From NCBI RefSeq assembly GCF_002105155.1, contig NW_019029022.1, positions 248,001 through 312,000 of the forward strand: a stretch of DNA of 64,000 nt, written 5' to 3'. This document shows, piece by piece, positions 16,797-30,551 of the stretch. Under the pieces are notes generated by a model that saw only the letters and a list, made by a program, of their open reading frames with translations, searched no databases and was not told where the DNA came from. How positions within the stretch are numbered: the first letter of the stretch is position 1; every line of letters begins with the position of its first letter. Made by a program: the position numbers and the translations under genes. This DNA is from Lobosporangium transversale. Its lineage: Eukaryota.

Positions 16797-17790
16797 TCGA
16801 TGAAAAAAAAAAAAAAAAAAAAAAGATAATTCTTACAAATGTCTGGGTATCAGGTGTATCCACATTGTCTTCCAAATATTTAACCATTCTGCTATGAAAT
16901 GCGCTCGCCTTCCTGGGTTGTTGCCGTGCAATTTGTAGTAATGCTCTTGCTAGAAGCGTCGAAGAATCTATACATTAGCAATAACAATAGATGTTAGTAT
17001 TGGTTAAATTCGATTTTCTTCAAATTTGACCCGAAGTTATTTCCTTCCTTTAGCATTATTAAAATTCATCACCGGCATTACCTGTGTAAGTAACAACCCA
17101 TTCTAAAACTGTCTCAAGCAGATCGTCAATACCAGAGCCTTCCTCAATTGTAAGAACCAGAAGTGACCAAAGTACTATTCTGGCTTGCGCAACATTTTCA
17201 GAAGACAGTTGATCTGACTTTGAGCCACCATCAGCAACACCATGCACAACTCCACCGCCTTGTGACAATATACAGATTAGGAACTGCTTCATAGATTGCG
17301 TAACAGTCTTGGTTGAGTTATTGAACATATTTCCAGCCTCAGTCTCAGAAAAAGACTCCCGGATATTGAATTGATGGCAATAAGGGAGGAGTACAGTTAA
17401 AACAGAATAACATTCCAGCACAACGGGCTTTGACCATGAAGTTGTATGATATAACGTTGTTATTGTCGAGGATCCTGGTTCTGCTACTGCCGTTGCTGCT
17501 GTTGTGGCTGTGGCTGAGGATTCCAAGAGTGAGTCGGAAGAGAAGGAACGCTCAAGGATCTGAAGACATGTTTGAATATAACCCTTTATTGTCTCTGCGC
17601 CGGTTTCCGTAAGTGAAATGGATGTGATAGCGCAGGTCATGTGAAAAATTTTGTGGATTGCCAGCATAGCCTTGAGTACCGTCTTTCCATCCTTGGAATT
17701 TGATGCGATGTTGAAAATCGCCTAATATCATTTTTTAAGGGAAGAGATTAAAAAAAAAAATAGCATTAAGATTGCACGGGGTTAGATGAC

Positions 17791-17821
<31 letters not shown>

Positions 17822-18615
17822 ATGCTGAAAAGCGAACAGCATAAGCTGGTACCTGGATCTGATTCGGACTAAACTCGATATTTTTTTGCGCGAGCAAGCC
17901 TAAGCACGTCAAGGAAACACGACGAATTCCTGGTCGAGAATCCTTTGTCCACTGAAGTAACAAATCAATTTGTTGATTAACATCTACTAACGAGTGTGAT
18001 GCAAGACGAGTCAGCGTCTTCAGAATTGCAATGGTATATTCGGTGTCCTGACTGAGCTCCAAGATGTCCAGACATGTTTTTCTTGCCTAGAAACAGCGGA
18101 TATGACGGAAATAGTATTTCAGCATTTTTTTTTTTTTTTTTTTTTTTTAATAGAAGACAAATATTCCTCCTGCTTACCAGTCTAGCTAATGTAATGTCTC
18201 CAAACATGTGTCCAAAAATCCTGATCAATCGCCTTCGGAGCGGCAATGGCGTTTTTGTAGTATCGCGGACCATAAATGCTAGCTTTCCTGAGAAGATGGC
18301 ACAGAACCGTTGAGACTGGGAACAAATCATATCCGCAGCATAAACTGCTGCACTGACTTCCATTGCTTCTGAAGAATCCAATGAATGAATGACTCTATTT
18401 ATGTATAATACACACGGAAAAAAATAAAATTAAATGATCTGCCACGGAATGCGCTGTTAAATTTAACTACTGCTGTAAGAAAAAAAGCAAGATTTTCATT
18501 CAAGAATCTAGGTCCTTACTTATGGTATACATCGATCCGATCAGAGACAATTGTTGCCATGCCTCCAAGGACCCTACCAATAAAAAAATCATATAACAAG
18601 ATCGGTGAGCCAAAG

Positions 18616-18646
<31 letters not shown>

Positions 18647-19164
18647 GAAAAAAGAAAGAAAGAAAGAAAAAGCTACGGGACGTTGGTTTAGGTTGCATGC
18701 TTGTAAAGTTACCACGTCAGATACACTCATTACCGAAGAGTAATAGCACGTGCCAATGGATCGGTAGATTGAAGCATGGGTGAGATACGCTTGATAGTTT
18801 CTTCAACATTGATGACCTTTTTCAAATGAGTCTGGCTTTTCATAAAGACTTGTAGAATTGCATGTCTCTGGATGTTATTACTAACCATGGTGCAGAAGTG
18901 GTATCTTTACGTTAGTTGACAGTAAATGCCCCATGCCTTTTTTTCATTTTTCCCATTTTTTTGTTACCTCTGTCGAAAATAATCTGCCAGCTTCAAAATG
19001 CCTGCATTGATGATGACTGGATAGGGAAACTCGTCAAATAGCCGTGGAAAAGATGCAATCGCATAAAGTTGGTCAGGCGGGCGTTGTGTCCTATATTCAG
19101 CCTCAAGCTCAACCAGCCTTTTGAATCCAGCCTCGTCTGAGGCACTTTTTTGTAATGGTGCCAT
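15260..19164 (-). CDS. INTS7: Integrator complex subunit 7 orthologue, about 10 exons
   Basis: Spliced N-terminus FPRLFDEFPYPVIINAGILKLADYFRQSNN...STDPLARAITLRVLGGMA...HSLDSSEAMEVSAAVYAA matches my recollection of metazoan INTS7 (FPRLFQKYPFPILINSAFLKLADVFR..NN / SNDPVARAITLRMLG / QSLDSHDNVEVEAAVFAA). All introns are GT-AG and phase-consistent. Last exon 15370-15260. Confidence 0.88.
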
Positions 19165-19771
19165 CCTTTCACAACAGCTTTGCTTTCAGAATTGATCAAA
19201 GAAACTCTACTCTGGTATAAATAATACTTTTTTTTTCTTTTAAGCACTAAAAAAGATTATTAAAAACCTCAGGTACGCTCCTCAAAAAAAAAAAAAAAAA
19301 CACTCTTTGTTCAAAACAGCCTATTTTTATTTTTTGATCTTTCGATGGAATGACGGAAAGCAGAGTTGATGTATTTTGGCTGCTGGTTGTGTTAAAATCG
19401 CGTTTCACGATTTGTTCATCAGCCACACCACATTATGGGATTGCCACTGAAAATAATTTTGGTTATTAAGGGCCGGTAAAAATTAGGAGTGATCTCCAGC
19501 TTAGATCACTGACTGTATGAGTGACATTATTACGAGCGGACTCGCAGGACAAATTCAATGCGATGAAGGTTAAGATCCCCCATCTATGCACGTCTTGTCA
19601 ACACAAGCTTTAAAAAAAATGCTCCAACAAATTTTATTTAATGCCTGTATTTATATAGTGACAAGTGATATACAAGCTTTTTTTTCTTCTTTTTGAAACG
19701 AGTTGAAAATGATATGCTATGAAGATCATCATAAGAGTAAAATGACAAGGGAAAGAAAAGGAAAAAGAGAA

Positions 19772-20104
19772 TTACAAAATTTGTTCGCGGTAGTGCTTCT
19801 GTAGCTTATTTTGCTTCTGTCCCACACGGGCTTTATGCTCCTCAATCCTTCGGAAATCTTTAAATGTAGATGTTTGCTTATGCGCCCATCGAGCCTCGCC
19901 TTCATTCCGTGCTACCAATGCCTGTCCACGCTCTGAGCGCGTCTTGGTCTTTGACAATGCCAGGTCGTAGCCCATATGGTCGGTGTAATGGGTCAACAAA
20001 CGGTTGATCAAAACAGAGTCCCGAGTCTATGAAATATTTTACAATGACAATCATTGTAGGATTAGAATAAGGGAATACAATATAAAATTTTGCTAAACAG
20101 GTGT

Positions 20105-20141
<37 letters not shown>

Positions 20142-21382
20142 GTATAACATCTTGTTCTTACCTCTTCAGGCCTGACATTCTGCTTATAGTATTTATTCAA
20201 GGATCTGTGTCCCAGTCTGGCTCCCGAGGGTAAAATCAGCTCCATATCATCATCACCTAAACGAGCGCCCGAGCCTGCAATCTCCTCATTCAACAACTCT
20301 AATTCTTCTTCATCCTCAACGCTGGCCTCACCTCGATCGGCTCTCTCCGCTGCCTCCAACATCTTGCGTTGTTGTTCCTCCGGATACGAAGATCTGAAAT
20401 CATAAAAGTCCACAATCTCCATCATCTCTGCCTCTGTATCATAGGGAATCTTACAATGACCTTTGTCGATCATATGCTTTCGAACAGCTTCCAAAGATTT
20501 GATCTGACGACCTTTACCATTGCAGTATAAACAAATGTTTCCAACAGAGATCTTCTCGCCCAAATATTTGATCAATCCCTCCAGATCAACTAGGTATTCG
20601 ATATCGGGAATGAATAATCCATGCTTCTTAGTCATATGCTCAACATTGCTGTTTTAAACAGAGAGATAAGAAATCATTTGCCATCAAAAAACAAACAGAC
20701 CAGCGTTAGTTTCATCTCCAAACTCTAAACAATAAAAGTATTCGAAAAAAGATTCAATTGGCTGAAGTAAAGTTCTTTTTTCTTTTTACCTTTCAAAAGT
20801 CTCTGCCTTCTCAGTACAGAACAAACAGTCCGTTGGTTCCAGACGGATGGCGCTCTCAATCTTTTTATCCATAATCTCATTCATCTCTTCCAAAGTTGTA
20901 TCGTCAGTCACTGATAGATCTACAGTGATTTTCGAGGTAATGGAGTCGATATCACTCTCCTCATCAACAGGTTGCTTCTTCTTCTCAGGACGAGGATTTG
21001 CTTTGATTTTGGCCTCCATCTCCTTGTGCTTCTTGGAAACAAGATGGTTCTGGTAAGCGTTATCAGACGAGTATGACTTTCGACAAGCCTTGCATTCATT
21101 GTTGTTGCTGTTCCCAGCAGTAGCTGCAGCCATATCCTCAGCAGTCTTTTGTTGTTGTGCTAGAACCTTTTGTGAGAACAATTCTGCGCTGACAGGAGGC
21201 AATTCTACCATTTTGCGCTTTAGATTGTAGCGATGCCAATCTGAACGATAGTGCTCTCGTTGGATATCCGCAGTCTTGAATGCTACTTGGCAGGCTAGAC
21301 AGGTGAAGAGTGTAGAGCGAGGTGCGTTGGGCGTGGAGAGCATAGTGCCCTGTACAGTGAGCTGACCAACCATGGTACTCAT
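19772..21382 (-). CDS. REI1: Cytoplasmic pre-60S maturation factor Rei1/ZNF622, 3 exons
   Basis: C2H2 zinc fingers FTCLAC..QREHYRSDWHRYNLKRK, CKAC..HLVSKKH, CLFC..HM.KKHGLFIPD.EYL and CLYCN..AVRKHMIDKGHCK. Also LPSGARLGHRSL and C-terminal LQKHYREQIL. Confidence 0.95.
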
Positions 21383-21643
21383 TGTGTAAAGGCTAAGGAT
21401 AGAAGAGTTGTGTATAAAAGTGAAAGAAATATTCTGTTCCTGTACTAATATTTTTCAAATAAGTGCAAAGAACAAGCAAAGTTGAAATGAAGTCAAGTGA
21501 AATGAGGTGGATAAAGGACTAAGGGTAACAGACTGAACAATGAATGAATGAAACACTCTGAACAGCATGTGTCCTCCCATTTTTTTTTTTTTTTTTTTTG
21601 TGCCCAGTCACTTGTTTACAAAAATGAACAAAAGTAATGTCAC

Positions 21644-21651
21644 TCACGTGA
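21644..21651. promoter_or_regulatory. Palindromic E-box TCACGTGA upstream of REI1
   Basis: Perfect 8-bp palindrome about 260 bp upstream of the REI1 ATG. Confidence 0.5.
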
Positions 21652-21658
21652 GAATATA

Positions 21659-22417
21659 TTAGGACTTAATATCCAGATAAGTGGCAGTTCCCTCCTTCAT
21701 CCCTTCTGTAACGGGTGTATCAATATACGCAGCACTGGAATCAATGTCTCTCATCTCGGGTACAGCCTGTAAGCCTTCAGAGGCGCATGGATCACTAGTA
21801 CGTCGATGCCTCCGACCAAAGAATTGGGCGAATCTTCCAAAGAAGGTCAAGTTTCGCATAGCGGTAGTAGAAGTAGCAGTAGCAGTAGCAGTAGCAGCAG
21901 TATTGATGATTATAGTAGTGATAGCGGGGATAGCAGCAGTCTGAGCTCCACTATGGTGCTGGTTTCCATGGCTCATGTCTAGGACTATATCTTCGTTAAC
22001 TGTGGTTCCAGAGTTGATTGATGCACTGTCATCTAAGGACATAGGAATTGATAGTGACAAGTTATACGAGCCAACAGCAACCCTATTGTTATTATCGTCC
22101 TTCTTTTTCTTTTTCATCTTGGCGGCTTCGCGGCGCCGCTGAAGCCATGGTTCGACTGATTCATAGTAGCGATCTTCTATTCGCAATAGTAACCATTTGC
22201 CCATGGAGTACAGTCCACTTAATATGAAAAGTAGGAAGTAAAGAGCCAAAGGGACCCAGGAAATGGTGAATATTATCCAGTTGATGACGGCGCCTGCTGT
22301 AATGCCTTCATCGCAGAGCACTTCGAATTCAGGCTCACTAGTATGACCTGTCTCGTTAAGAGACACTGCAAGAGTAATCAGGTATTTGACACCGTCGCAT
22401 TCAAAGGAGTGTCTCAT
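21659..22417 (-). CDS. Hypothetical intronless membrane protein (252 aa)
   Basis: ATG-initiated ORF preceded by an A-rich leader. One long hydrophobic segment (AVINWIIFTISWVPLALYFLLFILSGLY) followed by a basic cluster and a low-complexity tail. No family recognised. Confidence 0.65.
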   Translation of the reverse strand: MRHSFECDGVKYLITLAVSLNETGHTSEPEFEVLCDEGITAGAVINWIIFTISWVPLALYFLLFILSGLYSMGKWLLLRIEDRYYESVEPWLQRRREAAKMKKKKKDDNNNRVAVGSYNLSLSIPMSLDDSASINSGTTVNEDIVLDMSHGNQHHSGAQTAAIPAITTIIINTAATATATATSTTAMRNLTFFGRFAQFFGRRHRRTSDPCASEGLQAVPEMRDIDSSAAYIDTPVTEGMKEGTATYLDIKS

Positions 22418-23071
22418 TTTTATTTTTTATTTTTTAGTGATATCAAGTGTATTATTTGTATGATAGTATGATAGCGTGTGTGCTGTGATAAATATGATGC
22501 TGAGATCCTGCGAGCAGTCCTCCTTTTATTCAAGTCTCCCAGAATTATAAGTATTCCTAACGAAGTAGTTATTCCTATCTATGGTATCATGTCACAGGGT
22601 CCGTTCCCGACAGAGAAGGTGGCAGTATTCGATTCTTTTAGTTGTCCAATTTTTTTGTGTAACGTTCCTTGCTCAGGAACGTGTTCATCTAACGCGCGTG
22701 GTCTTTTTCAACCAATGCAAAACGCATTGTTTATATTTGATGGGAAATTGATTCGACTTTGCTTTGTGTAAATAAGCATAGAAAATGAATGAGCATCATG
22801 TTATGCGGCAATGATGCAAAATGTATATTACGAATATTAAAGTATCGCAAATGATGGAAATAAAAATTCCACCACTCATCGCAAAAAAAAGTAAAATTCA
22901 AAGGTAGTATCAACGTAAAATGTGTTTTATTAGGGTTAAAAATATTATTAGACATGAGATGAATAACATGAATGGTAAATTCTACGTTAAAAAGAAAAAT
23001 AAATAAAGTAAAAACACAGAATGTTTACACTGAAACAAAACAAAACAAGCAAAAAAAAAAAGGTCCGCTTT

Positions 23072-26000
23072 CTACAAAAGTGTTGGGGAGTCCAGCCCGC
23101 CCATGATGCTGACATACATCTGCAATGCTCGCAATATATAAGCTGGATCTGTGTCAATTGCCTTTCCGAGAGACTCGAAAACATCTACAAAGTAGCCTGC
23201 TTTGCTCATGTAAAGTTGCGAGAAACAATTCTCAATTCGAGTAATATAATTCTCGGCGATACGCGCCAGATCACCTTGGTCTGCATTGTCTTTGATGGGT
23301 AAGGATAGATGTGCAAGACTCTGATCAGAGACGCGGCCATATTGAGCAGTCGCTCCAGAGGCTAGTCGCTCCAAGCGTAAGCAAATGAGCTGAAGCGCCT
23401 GCAGAGATGCTGGGTCGAGTGCTGCTACATTGTTCTCCACAGGTTGCTATAAATTCCAAAAAAAGGAAAAAAAAAAAAAGGTCAATTTCTGCTATCTTTG
23501 ATTGGTAATCGTGGTGTGGCCGACCTATAATTCAACTTACAGTCTCGAGAATAGGATTGCCAACCATGGCTTTGGATGGGTCCATAGCTAAACGACCGGC
23601 CAAAAGGCGCGAATAAATCAAATGCAGATTCTCGGGTGTTTCCAGGCCTTTGAGCTTTCTCTCACCAAGATCAATGACACCAAAGCCCATCTTCTTGAGT
23701 TCACGTACATGTTCCGCATGAGGGGAATCCGACTGCTCCAAGTCCGGATCATTCAACAAATGCTGCATCACAGTGATCACATCGCTACTAACACAGATCT
23801 CACCGCCATCTGCAGCGTCGCAGATTCGAGATGCCCTATTGACCATTGGGCCATAGTAATCCATGCGTCTTGTCACTGCATCTCGATCGCTGACTGGTTG
23901 ACCCCAATGAATCCCCATACGTACAGAGAGACCTCGATACATTGGTTGGTTTGGGTCTGACGAATTAAATATAGCCCTACACTCTACAGAATCCAAGATA
24001 TCTTGAGGCCAATCTGCCACAACTAGGAGCTCTTGGACTTTGAAGCACCAGAGCATAGCCGCTGGAACACTGGAGAAGGAGGCCATGAGCGCATCTCCTT
24101 CATTCTTGACTTCGTATCCTCCAATAGACCTCAGTTGTCGACGCATAATATGAAAATGCTCTTTAATGGCAATACGCATGGCAGTTGGGATGTTCTCCCA
24201 TAACTTCGTCGAATTCTTGATATCGGTAAATACCATCGCTACGTCTCCTTGTGGAGGCTCAATCTCAGGTTTAAGATATTTTAGCTAATTGATAGTGGTA
24301 GCAATAATAGTAATAAAAGCAATGTCACATTAAATAAAAAAATTCTAGTTACTTTCGATGTATGAAGCACTGGATCATTCAATACGTAACTTACGGTATC
24401 AGCAGGGCCTTCAATAGGCTTGGGTCTCTTGTAATTAGGTTGGTGATAATCTAATGCCTCCGACGGCTCCTTCTTCTTGAACAGGTCACCAACACCAATC
24501 AACATCACAACCATGTGGTCCCTAGCACCATATGAGATGGCGATGTCTCTTAATTTCTGGGATGCATACATCAGGTCCCCATAATCTCTTTTAGCGGCCT
24601 TAGCAATATCCACGGCTGTCGAATACGACATCACATTCCAGAATGCGTTCGAAGCCATAATCAAAAAGTCATCATCCTCTGACAACGTTGTGGCTTCAAT
24701 ATAAGGATTGGGGTTCACGACTGGCACAAGGTGGTACTGACCAAATGATCTCGATATGTCCAGCTCATCGTTCAAAAGACCTTTTTCGCTCACAAAGCCA
24801 CCAGACCGCTTAATTCTCGAGGCCTCTATTGGATTCCATGGAATATGTTTTTGCGAAATAACTTGGTGCGAATCTGACTTCTTGACCAACACAGCGACAG
24901 CGTCCCCAACATTGGCGCAATACAAGGTCACGCCCTTGATATACGCTACCAAGGCGGATACACCCCCCTTACCGTCGTCTTCTGCCAGAGGCCAGAGTTC
25001 CCGATCGAGTCCCAAAAAGGTTCGTCGAAGTGCGCTTTCGACCGTGTCAGTACCTTCCAGCTTCTCCAGCTCTAACTTTAAATATACACCAAATCGATCC
25101 TTAAGATGATTCGTCATGCTACAGCTTGAGCGGTACTCATCATTTCGACCATCGAACAATCCAAACAAGCTCTCGTCTTCCTTGGTTTGGAATTTTGGAT
25201 GAACAAGATCCCAGATACAGAGCGTCTCTGAGTCGCCTAGAGTATCTGCCATACCGTACGACATATTATGCAGTGTCGACATGGAGGTTCTGACTCGCCT
25301 ATCTGCAGAATTCTCAGGAACATTGTCTGTGAGTGTTACATCCATTAATCCCAAGATACGGAGCCTTGTTAGATTTCCAAATTCAGAGAGATTGCCTGGC
25401 CGTGAGGTTGCAGCAATGATAGGAACGGCTTCCACATTCTGCCTCTTGATCTGTAGCCTCTTGTTGCCCGACATATTAAGATATTTGAGCTCCAAATTCC
25501 AATTCCTAAAATAATGAAAAGTTAAGAAAACCAAATCAGCACCATGTATGTTTCTGGCCTATGTGACAAGAAGAAAGCGTATGATTATAATTGTTATTAT
25601 AAATATTTTATTCTTTTTCTCATACCAGTTCCAATCGTATGGCCAGTTCGAAATGTTGTATTTGAGCATGTTGCAGCCGACATCCAGGACCCCGAGCCTA
25701 TTGATCTTACCAAGTTCAGCAGGCAGAGTCGTCAATTTGTTGCCATTCACATGTAGCACACGCAAGTTTCGAAGTCGTTCAATATCTTCTGCTGGTAAGC
25801 TGGTCAATTGGTTGCCACTTAGATGTAATTCTAAGATATGTCCTGGGTTAGGAATCTTGCCACGAGGTATCTCTACTATATAGTTGTGACTGAGATTTAG
25901 CTCCAGGAGATTTGTAAAATGAGATATTGGGTAGAAAACATCGTCTGGTAGTCGATTGTCGCCAAGGGAAAGGTTAGTCAGAGATGCGGCCAATGGTGGT

Positions 26001-28340
26001 GCGTAGGGCGCGCGACTAGATGGCGTATTTTGGAGAGGCGCCGGAAGAAGCTTTGTACGTGAAGGCGAGGGGGTAGCCATTGAGGTACCTCCGCTGGCTG
26101 TCGAAAGTGAGCCATCTACATCATTTTGCATGGTTGGAGTCGACAATGCTACGGTGCTTAGATTGAGAAGGGCTTGGGCCTTTGGAGGATCAGGGAATGA
26201 CTCCAGCAAATTGGATGAAGCATTAAGGCTGATGAGAGAGCAACGCCAAATCGCTACAGGCAGCTCGCCTAAACAATTGCTGTGTAAATCTAGTTCAAGT
26301 AATGAGTTCAACTGACCAATCTCCTCAGGAATGCTCGAGAGCTGGTTAGCGGATAAAGATAGGTGTTTCAAGCGCTTGAGACAAGCGATTGTTTCGGGTA
26401 AGGAGGTAATGCCGTTATTATCCAATTTGAGGACCTCCAAGCTGCATAAATGCTCAAACAAAGTCGGTGCCAAATTTGAGAGCTTATTGGAAGACATATT
26501 TAAGAAGGTAAGGGTATTCGCCGTACCCTTGATATTGATGTTCGTCATGTTACATTTGAAGAGTGATGCTTTGGTTAATGATTTGAAGGAGTTGTTCAAT
26601 GTAACATTTGAGTTGTAATCGATTAATAGTTCCTCAAGCGACGGGAGGTTGTTGATGGAATCTATATTCAGGATGCCGTTTTGGCGGATATCCAGCTTTC
26701 GCAAACGAGTGAGCTCAGACATACTCTTGGGAAGGTCGGGCCCAATCCTATTGCCAAACAACCATAGCTTCCTGAGGCGTATGAGACGCCCGATAGCTTC
26801 AGGAATATCTGTAAGTTCATTGAAGCTCATATCCAACTCTTCTAATGTTGTTATTTTAAAGAGTGGGGCTGGCATAACTGCAAAGTTGTTGGTTGAGAGG
26901 TTGAGAACTCGAAGGTGTTCAAATTGGAATGAATCGGGAATAATTTCCAGACGGTTACTCTGAAGCAGAAGGGTGACAAGCTCTCGTGCCTCCTCCAGCC
27001 GTGCCTTTTCTAGATTCCTGATCCTATTCCCACGAAGATCCAGTACTTGTAAATATATAATTGAGCGTATGTTACTAGGGACTCTGTCGAGATCATTGTA
27101 AGCCATGCGAAGCTCTCGCAGTACAACGCAGTTTTGAACAAAGTCCAATGGCAATTCCATCCTGTGGTTATGTGAAATATTCAGTCGAACAATATCTTTA
27201 GCTCTGAGATAAAGGAATATAGGAATAGTTGGCAGACACTTCCTCTCCAGATTGATATCTGCGTAATTGTGGATGTCCGGAAAATCAGCCTCCTATAAAA
27301 GCCAACGGAGGATAAACAAACACGCCGTAGTTTTGTTAGGCTGTGATAATGAGCTTGCTTAGTTGCTTGATATGACCTGCTAATATACAAAAACATACTG
27401 TTGTCAAAGGTGCGCTATTCTCCGCAAATGTAAATCGGCAAATGAACCTATTATCCTTGCCAGATAGTTCCTCGAGCTTGTCTTGATCAGTATAGCCATA
27501 TTGTATCAGAAGCTTGCGAAGAATATGGAGAGGTCTTTCATGAGAGCTTAAAGGACGAACTAGAGGTAAAGATGTGAAGTGGATTCAAAACAAAGAAGCA
27601 AGCGCAAGAACAATTACTATCATGGTTTTTTTTTGTTAAATGTAATATGGCCGGCTATTTTGATATAAGAAGAGCAGGCGATCATGATACAATATCCCCG
27701 ATTCCTTACCAATATTGTTACGAAGCATATAAAGACGAAACTTGGAAGTGTCTGGCTTAAATATTTTCTTGTAAAGGATGGTGCTCAACTCGCTAGCAGT
27801 GATGTTGAGTACACAATTGACAGTTGTATAGGTGGTATCTGGTCGAAAGATCCTGATTGTTGAAATTTTCCTGTCGCTACCATATTCCCAATTTTCATAG
27901 TCGCTCTGATCCATGTCGTCTGATGCATGGTCCTCAGAATTGAGGCCCCAACTCTCAGGTGGGAGCCACTCCGCGCCTGCAGCTGGTGACATAGTTTTCC
28001 ACTGGCTGTATTTAGGATCATCTTTAACGCCGGATATATCATTATGATCAACTATGCACATGAGCAAAGTACCCCATATTGAATAATGAAGATAAAAAGT
28101 AAAAATATAAATAAAAAAATAAAAATAAAACGAAAGCCAATTATATTAGTTTAAATCGAAGGTTAATAAAATCGGAGCCGTCAGCATTTTAAGATTCATA
28201 CATGTTTTCATACCAACAAGACTGGGTAATATGACATCCTGCTACAAAAAGAGGAAAAGGATAAAAAAAAGACAGTTAAGAAGGAAGAACTCTCCCCGTA
28301 AAAAAAAAAAAAAAAAGTATTCCACACATCACAATATACA

Positions 28341-28372
<32 letters not shown>

Positions 28373-29773
28373 TTGCAAAATCACCACAGAGCATCGATTT
28401 AAATGAAACACATACTCCTGTGTGGTCCTTTTTCAGACCTTTCCTCCCACTTGTCATTTCACCGTCGTGTCGTTTGTCAGAAGCTCCATAATATCCCATA
28501 TAGTCATGGTCTGTGAAAAGTGACATGGAAAACGTATGTAGTGTTGAGGTAGGAGGAAGTGTAATAAAATATGGGTCATCGGCTGAACATTTCCGTGATC
28601 CTGTCATAAACAAGAGAAGAGTCAACGATGTTAAAAAAATATACTTCAAAGCATAGACGCATTCGTAGCAATAGCCCTTCAATTGGTGCGAAAACCAATT
28701 CACATACTATGCTGTAGATTGTTCTGTGATTGTTGGTGTTGGTGCTGTGAGCCAGAAGAGCTATGATGATGCGTCCTCTTTCTGAAAAAATTACGCAGGG
28801 GGTTCTTTTTTGGCTCCTTGGCAGGAATTAGGGGCTCCTGCTCCTGTCCTGAGCGTTTCCCATTTATATCGCCCAAATCTGATGATTTTGTCCTTCGATG
28901 CGGAGCCTCCGTCACATTCTTGCTTGAATCTGTTCGATGATGGGATCGAATGTGAGAAGGTGGAGTCGTCGGAAATCCACCAGCAAACGGGTGTTGAAGC
29001 TGATACTGCTGTTGCTGTTGCAGTTGTTGTTCTGATAAACGATCTGGCGAGGAAGATCTCGAATAGGATTCAGTAGATCGCCGTCTTATATCATCCATAT
29101 CAAATAAATGACCCTGACTCTGACCGGCTATATTGTGGTGGGATGATTGTTGTTGTGTATAGTTCATGCCATTGTAGGATCCCCCGTTGCTCAGGTTAGT
29201 GCTAGTGGACTGAAGTGATCCCATTGATCCAGATAGGACGACTGGTCTGTGGATCCCATTAGTACTGCTGTTGTGGCTATGGCCAGAAAAGGATGCCTTT
29301 CGCATGTGGCTATTAGTGAAGAAGGGATCGTATTGTTCTGGTGAGGGTGGCCTGGACGGCGTACGGAAGAAGGATAACAGACCGTTCGATTCGTTGCCAT
29401 CCTTGGTGTTCTTGCGTCGTGATGCACTTGGGATGATGGGCGTCTGGGCCAGAGCCTCCAAATGGGTCCTGCCATTGTGAGCTCGTAGCCTGTCGCGGTC
29501 GTCTGTGTGCGGAATGTAGGGCGAACGTGCATTGTAGTTGTTATTGCTGCTTGTAATGTTGATGCTGCTACTGCTGCCACTCATGCTACCATATTCACTG
29601 TTCATTCGGCCGTTTTGTGAAAGTGAGAAGTATCCGGAACCAGCAGAGGGTCTCCTTTCTCCATTAGCAGAGCCACTGGTTGAATCGGTATAGGCCGGGT
29701 CTGTGGGTCTGGACGACGTAGAGCCAGTCGAGCCTTTGCGACCATCGCTTAGGCTGGGCTGGGGAGGGGCCAT
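23072..29773 (-). CDS. CYR1: Fungal adenylate cyclase (G-alpha-binding, Ras-association, LRR, PP2C-like and cyclase domains)
   Basis: Start MAPPQPS at 29773. WLPPESW motif; RA domain IRIFRPDTTYTTV; long LRR array 27290-25630; WPYDWNWNWN; PP2C-like LFGLFDG/YCANVGD; cyclase VFTDIKNST, EVKNEGDA, RMGIHWG, DYYGPMVNRASRI; C-terminal LCLRLERL-type segment. Includes a 28-nt microexon at 28241-28214. Confidence 0.95.
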
Positions 29774-30551
29774 GATGTGTTGACAAAGGAGATGGGTTGA
29801 ACTGAGAGCAGAGTATGATGCAGAGCGGACCAACACAACACTAGCCAGCAATAAGGAAAAAAAAAAAGGAAGCGTCAGGCCACCGGAAGGAAAAAGAATA
29901 AAATAAAAACTATAGGTTAAAAGATGCAATGGGATGGGTTCGGTAAGAGTCGAACGAGTGCAAATAAATGAAAATGGAGAGCGATGAAGATAAAGAATGT
30001 GTGTGTGGGAGAGAGAAAGAGTTAATAAAAAAAAAGGATAAGGGATATAGAGAGGGAGAGGACAAGGGCGCAGCGAATGAGATACAGAAATATGAGACTT
30101 TTGGGAAGTGAAGAGAGCGCGAGAGCTGGTTTGAAGAGCAAGAGAAAGAGAGAGCTGGGAAAGAGAGGGAAAGAGAATGACAAATAGATTTGAATCGATT
30201 TGAATGACAAATGTGAAGAATGGTCTATGGATGATGGTTCGTTTGTACACTCTCTTGCTAGAATAAAATATGTTTGACCATGCTTAAACTCAGGTTTTAT
30301 TTATTATTTTTTGAAAGAAGCGCTGGTTTAGGACTTAGCGCTATTTCTCTTACAATGACAAGACAAGGGCAAGGGCCAAAGAGTTATCAAAGATGAAGGA
30401 AGCGGAGCACATGCAATCAAGTAATCAAGCACAAAGAGTACAGCAGAGTAGTGTGAGCCACTGATTGATGCATCGACCATGCATGATCAAGATTGACAGG
30501 ACAAACAAAACATTTGAATCAATGGCGCCAAATCATTGGTCAATTCCAGTT

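Noticed and set aside
29774..30250. 159-aa hydrophobic N-terminal extension of adenylate cyclase in the ORF track
   Set aside because: It starts at a non-ATG codon and is a translation of CT-rich promoter/5'-UTR sequence; the first ATG is at 29773.
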